Origin: an uncultured delta proteobacterium
Lineage (GTDB): Bacteria; Desulfobacterota; Binatia; UBA9968
Assembly (NCBI GenBank): GCA_963816145.1
Contig: CAWFJP010000025.1
Location: 1-25,602, forward strand
Length of the DNA stretch: 25,602 bases
Reading direction: 5' to 3'
A program made the position numbers and the translations under genes. Positions 1 through 8,547 of this stretch are shown here, piece after piece (positions within the stretch are counted from its first letter, which is position 1; the number at the start of each line of letters is the position of its first letter). Under the pieces are notes generated by a model. It saw only the letters and a program-made list of their open reading frames with translations. It made no database searches and was not told the DNA's origin.

Positions 1-41
1 ACGATAATCCCAAGTATAAAGACCGGAACGCTTTCAATCAC
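1..41 (-). CDS. 5' fragment of a probable sulfotransferase-family protein (runs off the window edge)
   Basis: Minus strand reads GAGGAG (RBS, 49-54), a 7-nt spacer, then GTG ATT GAA AGC GTT CCG GTC TTT ATA CTT GGG ATT ATC = MIESVPVFILGII. PxFILG is the usual lead-in to the RSGT PAPS-binding loop of sulfotransferases. Only 13 codons are visible. Confidence 0.4.
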   Translation of the reverse strand, partial: MIESVPVFILGII

Positions 42-86
42 AGATCAACTCCTCAACTGTTTATCACTGCTGTGAACAATCACAGC

Positions 87-2480
87 TCAAGAAGCCACCG
101 AATTTGATCGGAAGTAATGGTTGGTTATACGACGCAGCCGAGCGACCAGGCCACGAATACGCAGAACCCGTCGTGCGATCGACAGCCCAACCAATGCGCC
201 CGGAATTCGCGAAACTCGCATACAGCCCTCAAGCCAATAACTTTCTTTGAGCGCGTCATAGAACCGTCGCGGCGTAAACACGAGCAAGGGGCTGATCTGA
301 GGCGATACCAAGGGCCGACATCGCGACGATCCCCAATCGAGAGAATGAGACAGATTTTTCAGAGCTTCGGCCTGCGCCGCCGTCGGTCGCAATAACAACG
401 GCGCCAGCCCACGAAGTGCTTCGGAGCGCAGAGTCGCCAAGTCAAAACCATCAGTGCTGTGATGGCAGACAAAGCTAGCGGCATAATCCAATATTCCAGC
501 CTGTAGAAGCCCCTGCTCCTGCGAAAGTTCTCCGCCTTCCTTACTCAACATCGGCGTAACTTGGCCATCGACCACGTCATACCCCAGCGTGGCCCCGTGT
601 GGCGCCGCAGCCGCAAGTTCAAAGAGCTCCAAGCAATGGCCAATCGCTTGTTCGGCACGTACGAGCCGTTTTTCATCGAAAAGGCACCCGGGCATAAACA
701 GACTGCGCGCCGAGAGCGAGTAGTCTTCATGGCGATACTTTCGACCGAAGTAGTGGCCAACAACCAAGGGAAACTCCGGATCATCGTCGAAAGCCTTCGT
801 TAAATTAGCTTGAATCGTCGCGTTCCAGCCGATGTCGACAAGCAGTTTCACTTGCTCAGGGCGAAAGAATCCTTCCTGAGCCATATAACCACGCAGGAGC
901 GTGCGCGCTTCCTGGGCACGGGCCTGCACCCGACTAGCGAATTCTCGATCCCTAAACAGATCAGCTTTTGCCGTTTCGTTGCGGTTTTCGAAATCGATTC
1001 CTAGATCGGCGAAATCCGCGGCATCAAGACCGAACGCCGCGATGCACTCAGCTAAAGTCGAATGGTGATTGCGATAAAACGCCAGATGCAACTCTCGCAG
1101 GCTCAACGTCCGAACCGCCGGCAGACTGGTAGCCAGCCGACTGACATATAGATAACGGTGCCGCGATTGGAATTGTTTTTTCAGAGCGGGAAACCTTGCA
1201 ATCAACAATTCATGAAGCCGCCGAAACAAATGTCCTTCGCGGGCTAGATAATAAATATCGGCAGCGCCAATTCGAGCTGCTTCTTGGATGACCTGAAGGA
1301 TAAATGCCGTGAACGCCGGGCCAAGAATATCATGGCCAATGCGGTAAAGTTCCGGTTGTTTAACCGTTGAAATTGGCGCTAATTGGTTCGGCGCCGTCAT
1401 TGGCCCGGCTTTCTGTGGTGCCACACTTGCCGGCGCCGACCGTTGCGTAAACTTACGCGCGATCTCGCGCCGGCGGCGCAGCCGTTCGATGTCGAAGAGA
1501 AATACAGCCGACACTCCGGACTTTAACGCACCGCGAATATCGCTCTCGTAAGTATCGCCGACATGAATCAAGCACCTCGGTTGAATGGCTTCAGTCTTGA
1601 GAATCTCCTGAAACAACCTCCCCGAATATTTGCCGACACCATACTCTGACGAAGGGTAAACTACATCGATCCACCGATTAAGTTGCAATTGCGTGAAGAG
1701 TTGCTGCAGGTGAGCCCGTTCGAGATAGGTGTCGCTTGAAGCAATAATCCGCTTACCGCGAGCTTTTAACTGCTGCAGTAGCTGCGGGATTCCCTCGGCG
1801 ACGCGCAAATGTTGCAATTCGAGATCAACCTCATACCGGACCAGTAGTTCGGTGTCTGAATCCGCTTGTTCGGTACTGAACAAACGGAAGAGCACCTCAT
1901 GAATCACCTCGGAAAGTTTGCACTCCGCGTCCGCGCCGCCGCTTTGCGCCAGGCGGCGTTGCCGCATTTCGCTCACGTTCCTTAGGTAAAGAAACAGGTC
2001 AGGCGTCACCGGGTAGCCTTGAGTCGCATATCGATCTGCGGCGAAATTGGCCGCTAAGCGCTTCAAGTAATCCGGCGGTTCGACGGTCCGATAAAGCAAC
2101 GTATCGAAGACATCAAAACTTACGATGTCAGCTTGGTCGCAGAGTTTTGCCATATCCGGCACACTGCCAAGGGTCCGAACTGAACCCACCGCCGCGTCCC
2201 TTGCCCAAGCAACGAAACGAAAAACTTGTCGTAGCCGATCTGGTAATTGGGTCAGAAATTGCCGACGCCAGCTCGCTGATGATTGGGCACTGTCGCTCTG
2301 TCGGCATTTTTCGGCATACTGACATCGCAATAGTGAAGTCTGATAGTTCTCGCCTCGCCGAGCAGCCGCAGCTTCAGTGTCGCCGTCGCGGCTTACCAGC
2401 CTATCATTGGGAGGCGAAACGAGCGGCGTCGGATCGTGAGCCGTGATTCGCCGCGCCAAACTACCGATGGTCGTGGTCAT
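87..2480 (-). CDS. HAD phosphatase + PRTase-like dual-domain protein, putative glycan ribofuranosyltransferase (PRP + gPRT type)
   Basis: HAD motifs SFDVFDTLL, SSDTY, GVGKYSG and HVGDTYESD. The C-terminal half has YYLAREG, YLYVSR and LLVDIGWNATIQ (PRPP-binding-like). Start moved from 2618 to ATG 2480, 4 nt after the Wzt stop, to remove the overlap; the true start could lie further downstream. Confidence 0.75.
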   Translation of the reverse strand: MTTTIGSLARRITAHDPTPLVSPPNDRLVSRDGDTEAAAARRGENYQTSLLRCQYAEKCRQSDSAQSSASWRRQFLTQLPDRLRQVFRFVAWARDAAVGSVRTLGSVPDMAKLCDQADIVSFDVFDTLLYRTVEPPDYLKRLAANFAADRYATQGYPVTPDLFLYLRNVSEMRQRRLAQSGGADAECKLSEVIHEVLFRLFSTEQADSDTELLVRYEVDLELQHLRVAEGIPQLLQQLKARGKRIIASSDTYLERAHLQQLFTQLQLNRWIDVVYPSSEYGVGKYSGRLFQEILKTEAIQPRCLIHVGDTYESDIRGALKSGVSAVFLFDIERLRRRREIARKFTQRSAPASVAPQKAGPMTAPNQLAPISTVKQPELYRIGHDILGPAFTAFILQVIQEAARIGAADIYYLAREGHLFRRLHELLIARFPALKKQFQSRHRYLYVSRLATSLPAVRTLSLRELHLAFYRNHHSTLAECIAAFGLDAADFADLGIDFENRNETAKADLFRDREFASRVQARAQEARTLLRGYMAQEGFFRPEQVKLLVDIGWNATIQANLTKAFDDDPEFPLVVGHYFGRKYRHEDYSLSARSLFMPGCLFDEKRLVRAEQAIGHCLELFELAAAAPHGATLGYDVVDGQVTPMLSKEGGELSQEQGLLQAGILDYAASFVCHHSTDGFDLATLRSEALRGLAPLLLRPTAAQAEALKNLSHSLDWGSSRCRPLVSPQISPLLVFTPRRFYDALKESYWLEGCMRVSRIPGALVGLSIARRVLRIRGLVARLRRITNHYFRSNSVAS

Positions 2481-2484
2481 CAGG

Positions 2485-4917
2485 CTATTTCTGCGTGAGC
2501 GGTTTGAGCACACTTTTATACAGCCGATATGCGAACGTCTGCCGCACTGCATCGGAAAAGATTTGCAATCGATCCGCCCTTTGCTGGAGCTCACCGAACA
2601 TTTGTTCAAGCTCGGCAAGTTGATGCCGAAGTCGGAATTCCACCTCGTTCATTTCAATCGTCTTGGCGTTCAAGGCGTTTTCAAGCTGCGTGACTCGCTC
2701 TTGTTTGCCCAAGTCCACGGTCAAATCGAGAAAATCTCGCACCGATTCGTGAATGTGACAATCGTCAGCGGAGCGATGCACATCACGCCGGCATTGTGAC
2801 CGCAACATCAGGTATAACATTTTAATTTCGCCGCATATCCTGTCGTTATCCAGCAATTCCCGAACCGCGCTGGTATGATGGCGCAATTCACCGGTTATGA
2901 TCGCGGGCATGCGCTCGATACCGTTCGGTTCTGGAAGCCGACAAAAACGTGCTAATCGCTGGATTTCCGCTTCAGCATCGACGAAGTAATCGTCATAAAA
3001 AGTAAACGCTACCGGATATCCGACGGTGTCGTTGAGCGCATCGCGCATGTAACGATGCCAGAGCTGAATACCGGCATCGACCGGCAAGCCGTTTCGATTA
3101 GCTAAAGACTTCGCGACATCCAACGGATTGCGAACGCAAATGACGAAGCGCAAGTTAGGCACCAACGATTTCCAAAATTCTAATAGAATCGTCGTGCGCG
3201 GTTCCTTCCAGCCCCATGGAGAATGGTTCGGGAAGGATGCAATCAAGGCCCTGGCCGTGGTGGTAATATTAATCAGAGCCGGATCGTTGGTCCAGCCGAC
3301 GTCGAGTCGCGGCGGGCTCTCCCATGCACCGCCAAAGTGACCAAGCAGTTGTTCATCAATTTGTAAAAACCCGGAATGCTCAAAATGACCCTCGGGGTTA
3401 CCCTCGTTAGGGCCAAACAGCTGTTCTTCAGGTCCCAAGTAGAGACCGCAGAGACTCAACAACCTGGCAACCATCGAGGTGCCGCTTCGATGCATGCCGA
3501 TAATGCAGATAACACCCGAGGTGGATTTGCGGTCAGATCGATCTCCGTCGATTGCCGCGGTATCCATATCACAAACATGCTGCGACCAACCGCGGTCTGA
3601 CTCGGGGTTACCGTTCATTGCCAACCGTTGGTCTGGTGTTAGAGTCCCCGCCGTCCAGCTCGTTGGCATGGCAAAGACCCCTCTCCCATCAGCTGGAGCG
3701 CTTTCAACTTGAATATTGAGTGGATAAGGCCATTGGTGCTCGGGCAACTCATCAACAGATTTCAAAAACACCGCCGCGTGAATCCCATAGTCGCCCTCGA
3801 CCAGACCCAAGTTTGGATAATCAAGCGTGATCTCGCCCTCGCCGATCAGACTGCCCAAGTGGACGCCCTGCCGCTCTGTGTTGATACCGTGGCAAAATAC
3901 GCCATCGCCACGGTAAATCTGAACGCGAAAAATCGGATTCAGTACGGCTTCTCGAGCAAAATAGTGAATCTGCACTTGCATTGCCGTGTGGGTACGAAAC
4001 AGATGTCGCGGATTCCCTGCACCATCAGTGACCCGCACCTCCGTAATATAGATCGGCAAGCCGGCAGCCGCATTGAGTAAAGAGTTGTTTCCATGCTCGG
4101 ATTGGGCGGCGACAGAGGTCGATGCCACGTTTGCGTACCTTCCGATGACCTGATCCGGCAAGCCGTCGGCAACAACTTGCCCCTGGTGTATTAGTACCAG
4201 ACGCTGTGCCACGCGTTGCGCCTCTGCGAGGTTGTGAGTCACGATGACAATGGTTTTTTTGGCCTGAATAAACTCATCGATCTTCGCATAACAGCGCCGC
4301 CGAAACGATGCATCACCGACAGCTAACACCTCATCAACCACGAGAATATCTGGGTCGGCATGGACCGCTAATGAAAACCCGAGACGCACGGTCATGCCAC
4401 TGGAATAGTGCTTTAGCGGCGTGTCGATAAAATTTCGCAGCTCGGCAAAATCTAAAATCTGATCGAAGTTTCTGTCGATTTGCTGTTTTGAAAGCCCCAA
4501 GATCGTGCCGTTTAGATAGATATTTTCCCGCCCGCTAAGCTCAGGATGAAAACCTGCGCCGAGTTCGATAAGTGCGGTCAGCCGGCCATCGATAAAAACA
4601 TCGCCCTCAGTCGGCTCGGTGATTTCAGCAAGGATCTTAAGTAACGTGCTTTTGCCCGAACCATTGGGACCGATAATGCCAACCGTTTCGCCTTTTTTGA
4701 TTTCAAGGGAGATATTTCTGAGTGCCCAAAGTTGGTTTGATGCGGGTTGGTCTTTGGAATGACGTGCTTTCCCCGCAGTCGGTTTAAGCAATTCGTCATT
4801 GCGTTGTGGCCCCGCAAATTTGGCAGCAATGGTCTCACGCAAACTTAACCCATGGCGACTCTTCCCGAGCTGGTAGAGCTTGCCGACGTTATGCACCCGC
4901 AGAGCGATATTATTCAC
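2485..4917 (-). CDS. wzt: Polysaccharide ABC transporter ATPase Wzt fused to Wzt_C carbohydrate-binding domain, sulfotransferase domain and C-terminal coiled coil
   Basis: Walker A GPNGSGKST, GFHPELSGREN, signature YSSGM, Walker B ILVVDEVLAVGD, H-loop VTHN. A beta-rich Wzt_C segment follows (ITEVRV...GDYGIHA), then IIGMHRSGTS, NPEGHFE, WGWKEPRT and CVRNPLDVAKSL (sulfotransferase), then a heptad-rich tail. Located directly downstream of wzm. Confidence 0.92.
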   Translation of the reverse strand: MNNIALRVHNVGKLYQLGKSRHGLSLRETIAAKFAGPQRNDELLKPTAGKARHSKDQPASNQLWALRNISLEIKKGETVGIIGPNGSGKSTLLKILAEITEPTEGDVFIDGRLTALIELGAGFHPELSGRENIYLNGTILGLSKQQIDRNFDQILDFAELRNFIDTPLKHYSSGMTVRLGFSLAVHADPDILVVDEVLAVGDASFRRRCYAKIDEFIQAKKTIVIVTHNLAEAQRVAQRLVLIHQGQVVADGLPDQVIGRYANVASTSVAAQSEHGNNSLLNAAAGLPIYITEVRVTDGAGNPRHLFRTHTAMQVQIHYFAREAVLNPIFRVQIYRGDGVFCHGINTERQGVHLGSLIGEGEITLDYPNLGLVEGDYGIHAAVFLKSVDELPEHQWPYPLNIQVESAPADGRGVFAMPTSWTAGTLTPDQRLAMNGNPESDRGWSQHVCDMDTAAIDGDRSDRKSTSGVICIIGMHRSGTSMVARLLSLCGLYLGPEEQLFGPNEGNPEGHFEHSGFLQIDEQLLGHFGGAWESPPRLDVGWTNDPALINITTTARALIASFPNHSPWGWKEPRTTILLEFWKSLVPNLRFVICVRNPLDVAKSLANRNGLPVDAGIQLWHRYMRDALNDTVGYPVAFTFYDDYFVDAEAEIQRLARFCRLPEPNGIERMPAIITGELRHHTSAVRELLDNDRICGEIKMLYLMLRSQCRRDVHRSADDCHIHESVRDFLDLTVDLGKQERVTQLENALNAKTIEMNEVEFRLRHQLAELEQMFGELQQRADRLQIFSDAVRQTFAYRLYKSVLKPLTQK

Positions 4918-4939
4918 AGGTCACTGGCCATAGTGGTGT

Positions 4940-5782
4940 TCAAAGAACATCGGCGATATGGCGCTCCGTACGCCGGAAATAAAAAACGCCGCTGATGAGA
5001 ATCACGAGAGAAATGGCCGCGGAAAACAACAATTTCCCATCAAATGCGATGCCCTTGCCCAACAATGCCCAACGAAACCCCTCAAGAATGGCAACCATTG
5101 GATTGAGACCGTAGTAGAAACGCCATCTCTCGGGAATCAAACTTGTGCTATAGGCCACAGGACTGATGAAAAACCATAACTGACTAAGGAAGGGAGTGAT
5201 AAGCCGGACATCGCGATATCTAACGTTGAGGGATGCTAGCCAAAGTCCAACGCCCAAGCCGAGAATCAGTGCGAGAAGTATGAAAACCGGCAATGCCCAG
5301 ACGCGGGGTGACAAGGGGATTTGATAAAAAGCCCAAAGCCCACCAAGCACTATCAGACAAATCGCGAAGTCAACCAAGCGACCCATGACAGCGGCTAGCG
5401 GAATGATCAGTCTAGGAAAATGGACTTTGATGAGCAAATTTTGATTTGCGATCAGACTTACGCCCGCTTCGGCAAATGAACTGGACACTAGCTGCCACGG
5501 CACCAATGCACAAAAATAATAGACTGGATATGCGACACCATCGGACGGCATCTTGGCAAGAAAACCGAACACAATACTAAACACGGCCGTAAACAAGAGT
5601 GGCTGCAGAGCCACCCAGGCGCCACCGAGCAGGGTTTGTTTGTAACGGACTTTGAGATCCCGCAGCGCTAAGAAATAGAGCAAATTCCTGCGCCCCCAAA
5701 CCGCGGCCATATCAACGGCAACCCAGCCTTGGGAGGGTCGAATAAATCGTGGGCCAACAGTTTGGCTACTATCTTGGAACAT
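4940..5782 (-). CDS. wzm: Polysaccharide ABC transporter permease Wzm (ABC-2 type)
   Basis: RDLKVRYKQTLLG..W..LQPL, LIKVHFPR, NVRYRDV, F.SPV.Y, LNPM..ILEGFR, terminal ADVL; several hydrophobic helices. Confidence 0.95.
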   Translation of the reverse strand: MFQDSSQTVGPRFIRPSQGWVAVDMAAVWGRRNLLYFLALRDLKVRYKQTLLGGAWVALQPLLFTAVFSIVFGFLAKMPSDGVAYPVYYFCALVPWQLVSSSFAEAGVSLIANQNLLIKVHFPRLIIPLAAVMGRLVDFAICLIVLGGLWAFYQIPLSPRVWALPVFILLALILGLGVGLWLASLNVRYRDVRLITPFLSQLWFFISPVAYSTSLIPERWRFYYGLNPMVAILEGFRWALLGKGIAFDGKLLFSAAISLVILISGVFYFRRTERHIADVL

Positions 5783-6056
5783 GGAAGTTGATCATCGCCC
5801 TTGACATCAATCCGTTAACGAACTCAATTGCTCGTGGTCCGGTCATCGAGTCACAGAACATTCAAGGGGAGCACAATGGCTCCCTGTATGGCAATTCTGG
5901 GCGTCGAGCGAACTCGTCTTAAATCGTTGCAAACGCAACGCCGGCCCAATAAATCTGCAAGAGAACGATCAAAATATGATTTTAAGGTGCTTCGAGACCA
6001 CCATCAAGCTTTTTCTCATAATCGCCATGGATTCTTACGAATGGCTCCATTGCGGT

Positions 6057-7295
6057 TCAACCTGCTCGCAGAAGGCCTGTGTAGAGTCCTAAATGATCCG
6101 CCAAAAACCGCTGCCGCGAAAAATGACGCTCAACTCGCTGCCGTCCTGCCACAGCCCAAGCCGCAAGGTGTTTTTCCTTTAACGCGACTTCGAGGCCGGC
6201 AACCGCCGCTCGGACATCACCTTTAGGGACAAGGAAGCCGGTCTGTCCATGTTCGACAACTTCGGGAATGCCACCCGTAGCAAAACCGATCATCGGAGTT
6301 TCCGTGGCCATGGTCTCCAGTATCGTTAGCGGCATGTTATCATCCAAGGGACAAAACAAAAAAACATCGGCAGCAGCAAAGAAATCGGCCTTCTTCCGAT
6401 CGTCGGTTAAATATCCGGTCTCGATCACCTCGATTGGGTCAAACGTTTGCCGAACTTCCGTTGCCATTTTCCCAACAACCAATACCAGTGGATCGATTCG
6501 CGGATAGCCATTTTTTAATACTTCAATCGCGTGAAGCGTCCCTTTGCGCTTGTCCGTGATGTCACCGGCAGACAGGAGCACAATCGGCTTTTTTGTTTGG
6601 ATGCCCAATTGCCCGCGGATCGCCGCCTTATTTAAGGGATGATAATGAGTGATGTCGATGCCGTAAGGAATGACTGTCAAATCGTTGAAAGTCGTTCCCG
6701 AAGCGTGAGCGGTCCTAGCCATCCATTCACAGGGCGCAACCACATGAATCTTTTCGCGCTGGAAACCGTTCTGTTTCAGCCGCAGCATCAAGCGGGTGAA
6801 ATCGATACCCTTGGATCGATCAAGCGGCCAAAGGTGCATCTGCGGACAAGAACCACAGCCGGTTTGATATCGGGCACAGTCCATCGGGAAAATGCATCCC
6901 CCGGTGAAGGCTGCATAGTCGTGGAACGTCCAGACCGTCGGTAGTCGTTGAGCCGCCAACCGCACGGTCAACGGTGAAATCGCCGAAGATAAATCATGAA
7001 AATGGACGAGATCGTAATTCATCCGACCATTCGCGATCCAAAGAACGATCGACTCCCATGGGATAATCTCCTGCAGCCCCAGACGTTGTGAGACATGATG
7101 GGCGAAACCTATCACTTTCCGTAACCGTCTGCCGCCATAGAGCGATTTCATGTCGGGCTGGAGCTCAATGGCACTGGAAACATAATGGTGGGCGGTATGT
7201 CCACTCTCTCGAAGCCAGACGCTGAGATCTTCCGCTACTCGACTGGCGCCGCCGCCAAACCTGTCAGCTTTGCTAATAATCGCTACTTTCATCAA
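6057..7295 (-). CDS. Glycosyltransferase family 4 (WcaC-like, with Cys cluster)
   Basis: N-terminal GGA, WTFHD..FTGGC, C..CP, DKRKG and DNMPLTILETMA..P..GF.TGGIPEVV (GT-B motif region). Confidence 0.9.
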   Translation of the reverse strand: MMKVAIISKADRFGGGASRVAEDLSVWLRESGHTAHHYVSSAIELQPDMKSLYGGRRLRKVIGFAHHVSQRLGLQEIIPWESIVLWIANGRMNYDLVHFHDLSSAISPLTVRLAAQRLPTVWTFHDYAAFTGGCIFPMDCARYQTGCGSCPQMHLWPLDRSKGIDFTRLMLRLKQNGFQREKIHVVAPCEWMARTAHASGTTFNDLTVIPYGIDITHYHPLNKAAIRGQLGIQTKKPIVLLSAGDITDKRKGTLHAIEVLKNGYPRIDPLVLVVGKMATEVRQTFDPIEVIETGYLTDDRKKADFFAAADVFLFCPLDDNMPLTILETMATETPMIGFATGGIPEVVEHGQTGFLVPKGDVRAAVAGLEVALKEKHLAAWAVAGRQRVERHFSRQRFLADHLGLYTGLLRAG

Positions 7296-7470
7296 TCGAA
7301 ACCATGCAAACGTTCTAACGTCACCAACCTATGACCCACCCACATACAAGCATTGCGCGATTCTTTGATCTTCGCGAGTTTCAAAACAAACCTAGATCAA
7401 TGTATACCTTCGTTGAAACGATGTCTTGTAAGATCCGTGACAGGTTAATGTCATCGAGCATGTTGGATTC

Positions 7471-8493
7471 ATGGGGCAACAAATAAAAATTTGGTTTCCG
7501 GCGATCCGCGGCGGCAGTGGCGTTGATATTCATACCAGTCGGCTAGCGCAAGCGCTGCAACATCGTGGAGTTGAAGCCACCGTCACTTGGTATTCGACCT
7601 ACTTTCAGTTTGCGCCATACCTGCTTTCGCAAATCGCCGCGCCATCCGGCGTAAATATCATCCATGCCCTCTCCTGGTTCGGGTTCGCATTCAAACGAAA
7701 CAACTTACCGCTAGTGGTCAGCGAGCAGCTCGACGTTCTCAATCCGATCTACCGGCCCTACAAAAGTATCGCGCAGGCGATATTTCACCAATTATTAGTC
7801 CGCCGTTTCATGACTCGATCCTTCGCTGCGGCAGGAGCCATTACCGCGGTGAGTCGTGCAACGGCCGCTAGTCTCGCCGAGACGATCCGGGTTGACTCCG
7901 CGCAGGTAATCACCAATTTCGTCGACACCGAAATTTTCCGCCCGCTCGACGGTCGGGCCAAGCCGGGAAGTCCTTTTCGGTTGCTCTATGTCGGCAACCT
8001 GACCAAACGCAAGGGTGCCGACTTACTCACACCGATCATGCGGCGGCTTGGCGCCGGCTTCGAACTGCGCTTCACTTCCGGACTACGTGACGGTAGTGTC
8101 GACGCTATTTCGGCGAACATGGTTACCCTCGGCAAATTGACCGGTGACAAATCCTTATTAGAAGCCTACCAAGCTTGCGACGCTCTGCTGTTTCCTTCTC
8201 GGCTCGAAGGTTTGCCCATCACCCCCTTGGAGGCCATGGCTTGCGGCAAGCCGATCATAGCTGCCCGTGTCTCGTCGATGCCGGAGGTCGTCGAAGACGG
8301 TGTCACTGGAATACTTTGCGAGACCAATAACGTTGAGCAATTCGCCGCCGCCTGCGAGCGCCTCGCTAGCTCACCGGTAGTCTTGCGACAAATGGGTGCC
8401 GCTGCACGCGATCGCGTCGAAACCTATTTCTCAGTGGCAGCGGTGATACCGCAATACATTCAATTGTACGAAAACTTGCTCGACGCTAGCTAA
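7471..8493 (+). CDS. Glycosyltransferase family 4
   Basis: LLYVGNLTKRKG, PSRLEGLPITPLEAMACGKP, PEVVEDGVTG. Confidence 0.92.
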   Translation: MGQQIKIWFPAIRGGSGVDIHTSRLAQALQHRGVEATVTWYSTYFQFAPYLLSQIAAPSGVNIIHALSWFGFAFKRNNLPLVVSEQLDVLNPIYRPYKSIAQAIFHQLLVRRFMTRSFAAAGAITAVSRATAASLAETIRVDSAQVITNFVDTEIFRPLDGRAKPGSPFRLLYVGNLTKRKGADLLTPIMRRLGAGFELRFTSGLRDGSVDAISANMVTLGKLTGDKSLLEAYQACDALLFPSRLEGLPITPLEAMACGKPIIAARVSSMPEVVEDGVTGILCETNNVEQFAAACERLASSPVVLRQMGAAARDRVETYFSVAAVIPQYIQLYENLLDAS

Positions 8494-8547
8494 ATGATTG
8501 GACCGAAGTATCACAGTGAGAAGAGAGCTTGGCGGAGTCCTCAGAAA

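Noticed and set aside
2481-2618. N-terminal extension of the 843-aa ORF
   Set aside because: Overlaps the wzt 3' end by 134 nt and has no motif; ATG 2480 fits the operon spacing.
5828-6226. 132-aa plus-strand ORF in the wzm upstream gap
   Set aside because: TTG start without RBS, overlaps the GT4 antisense, no recognisable motif.
8529-8538. TTGGCGGAG resembling a tRNA 3' end (possible att site)
   Set aside because: Too short, mismatched to the tRNA-Ala end (TGGTGGAG), and no integrase is present.
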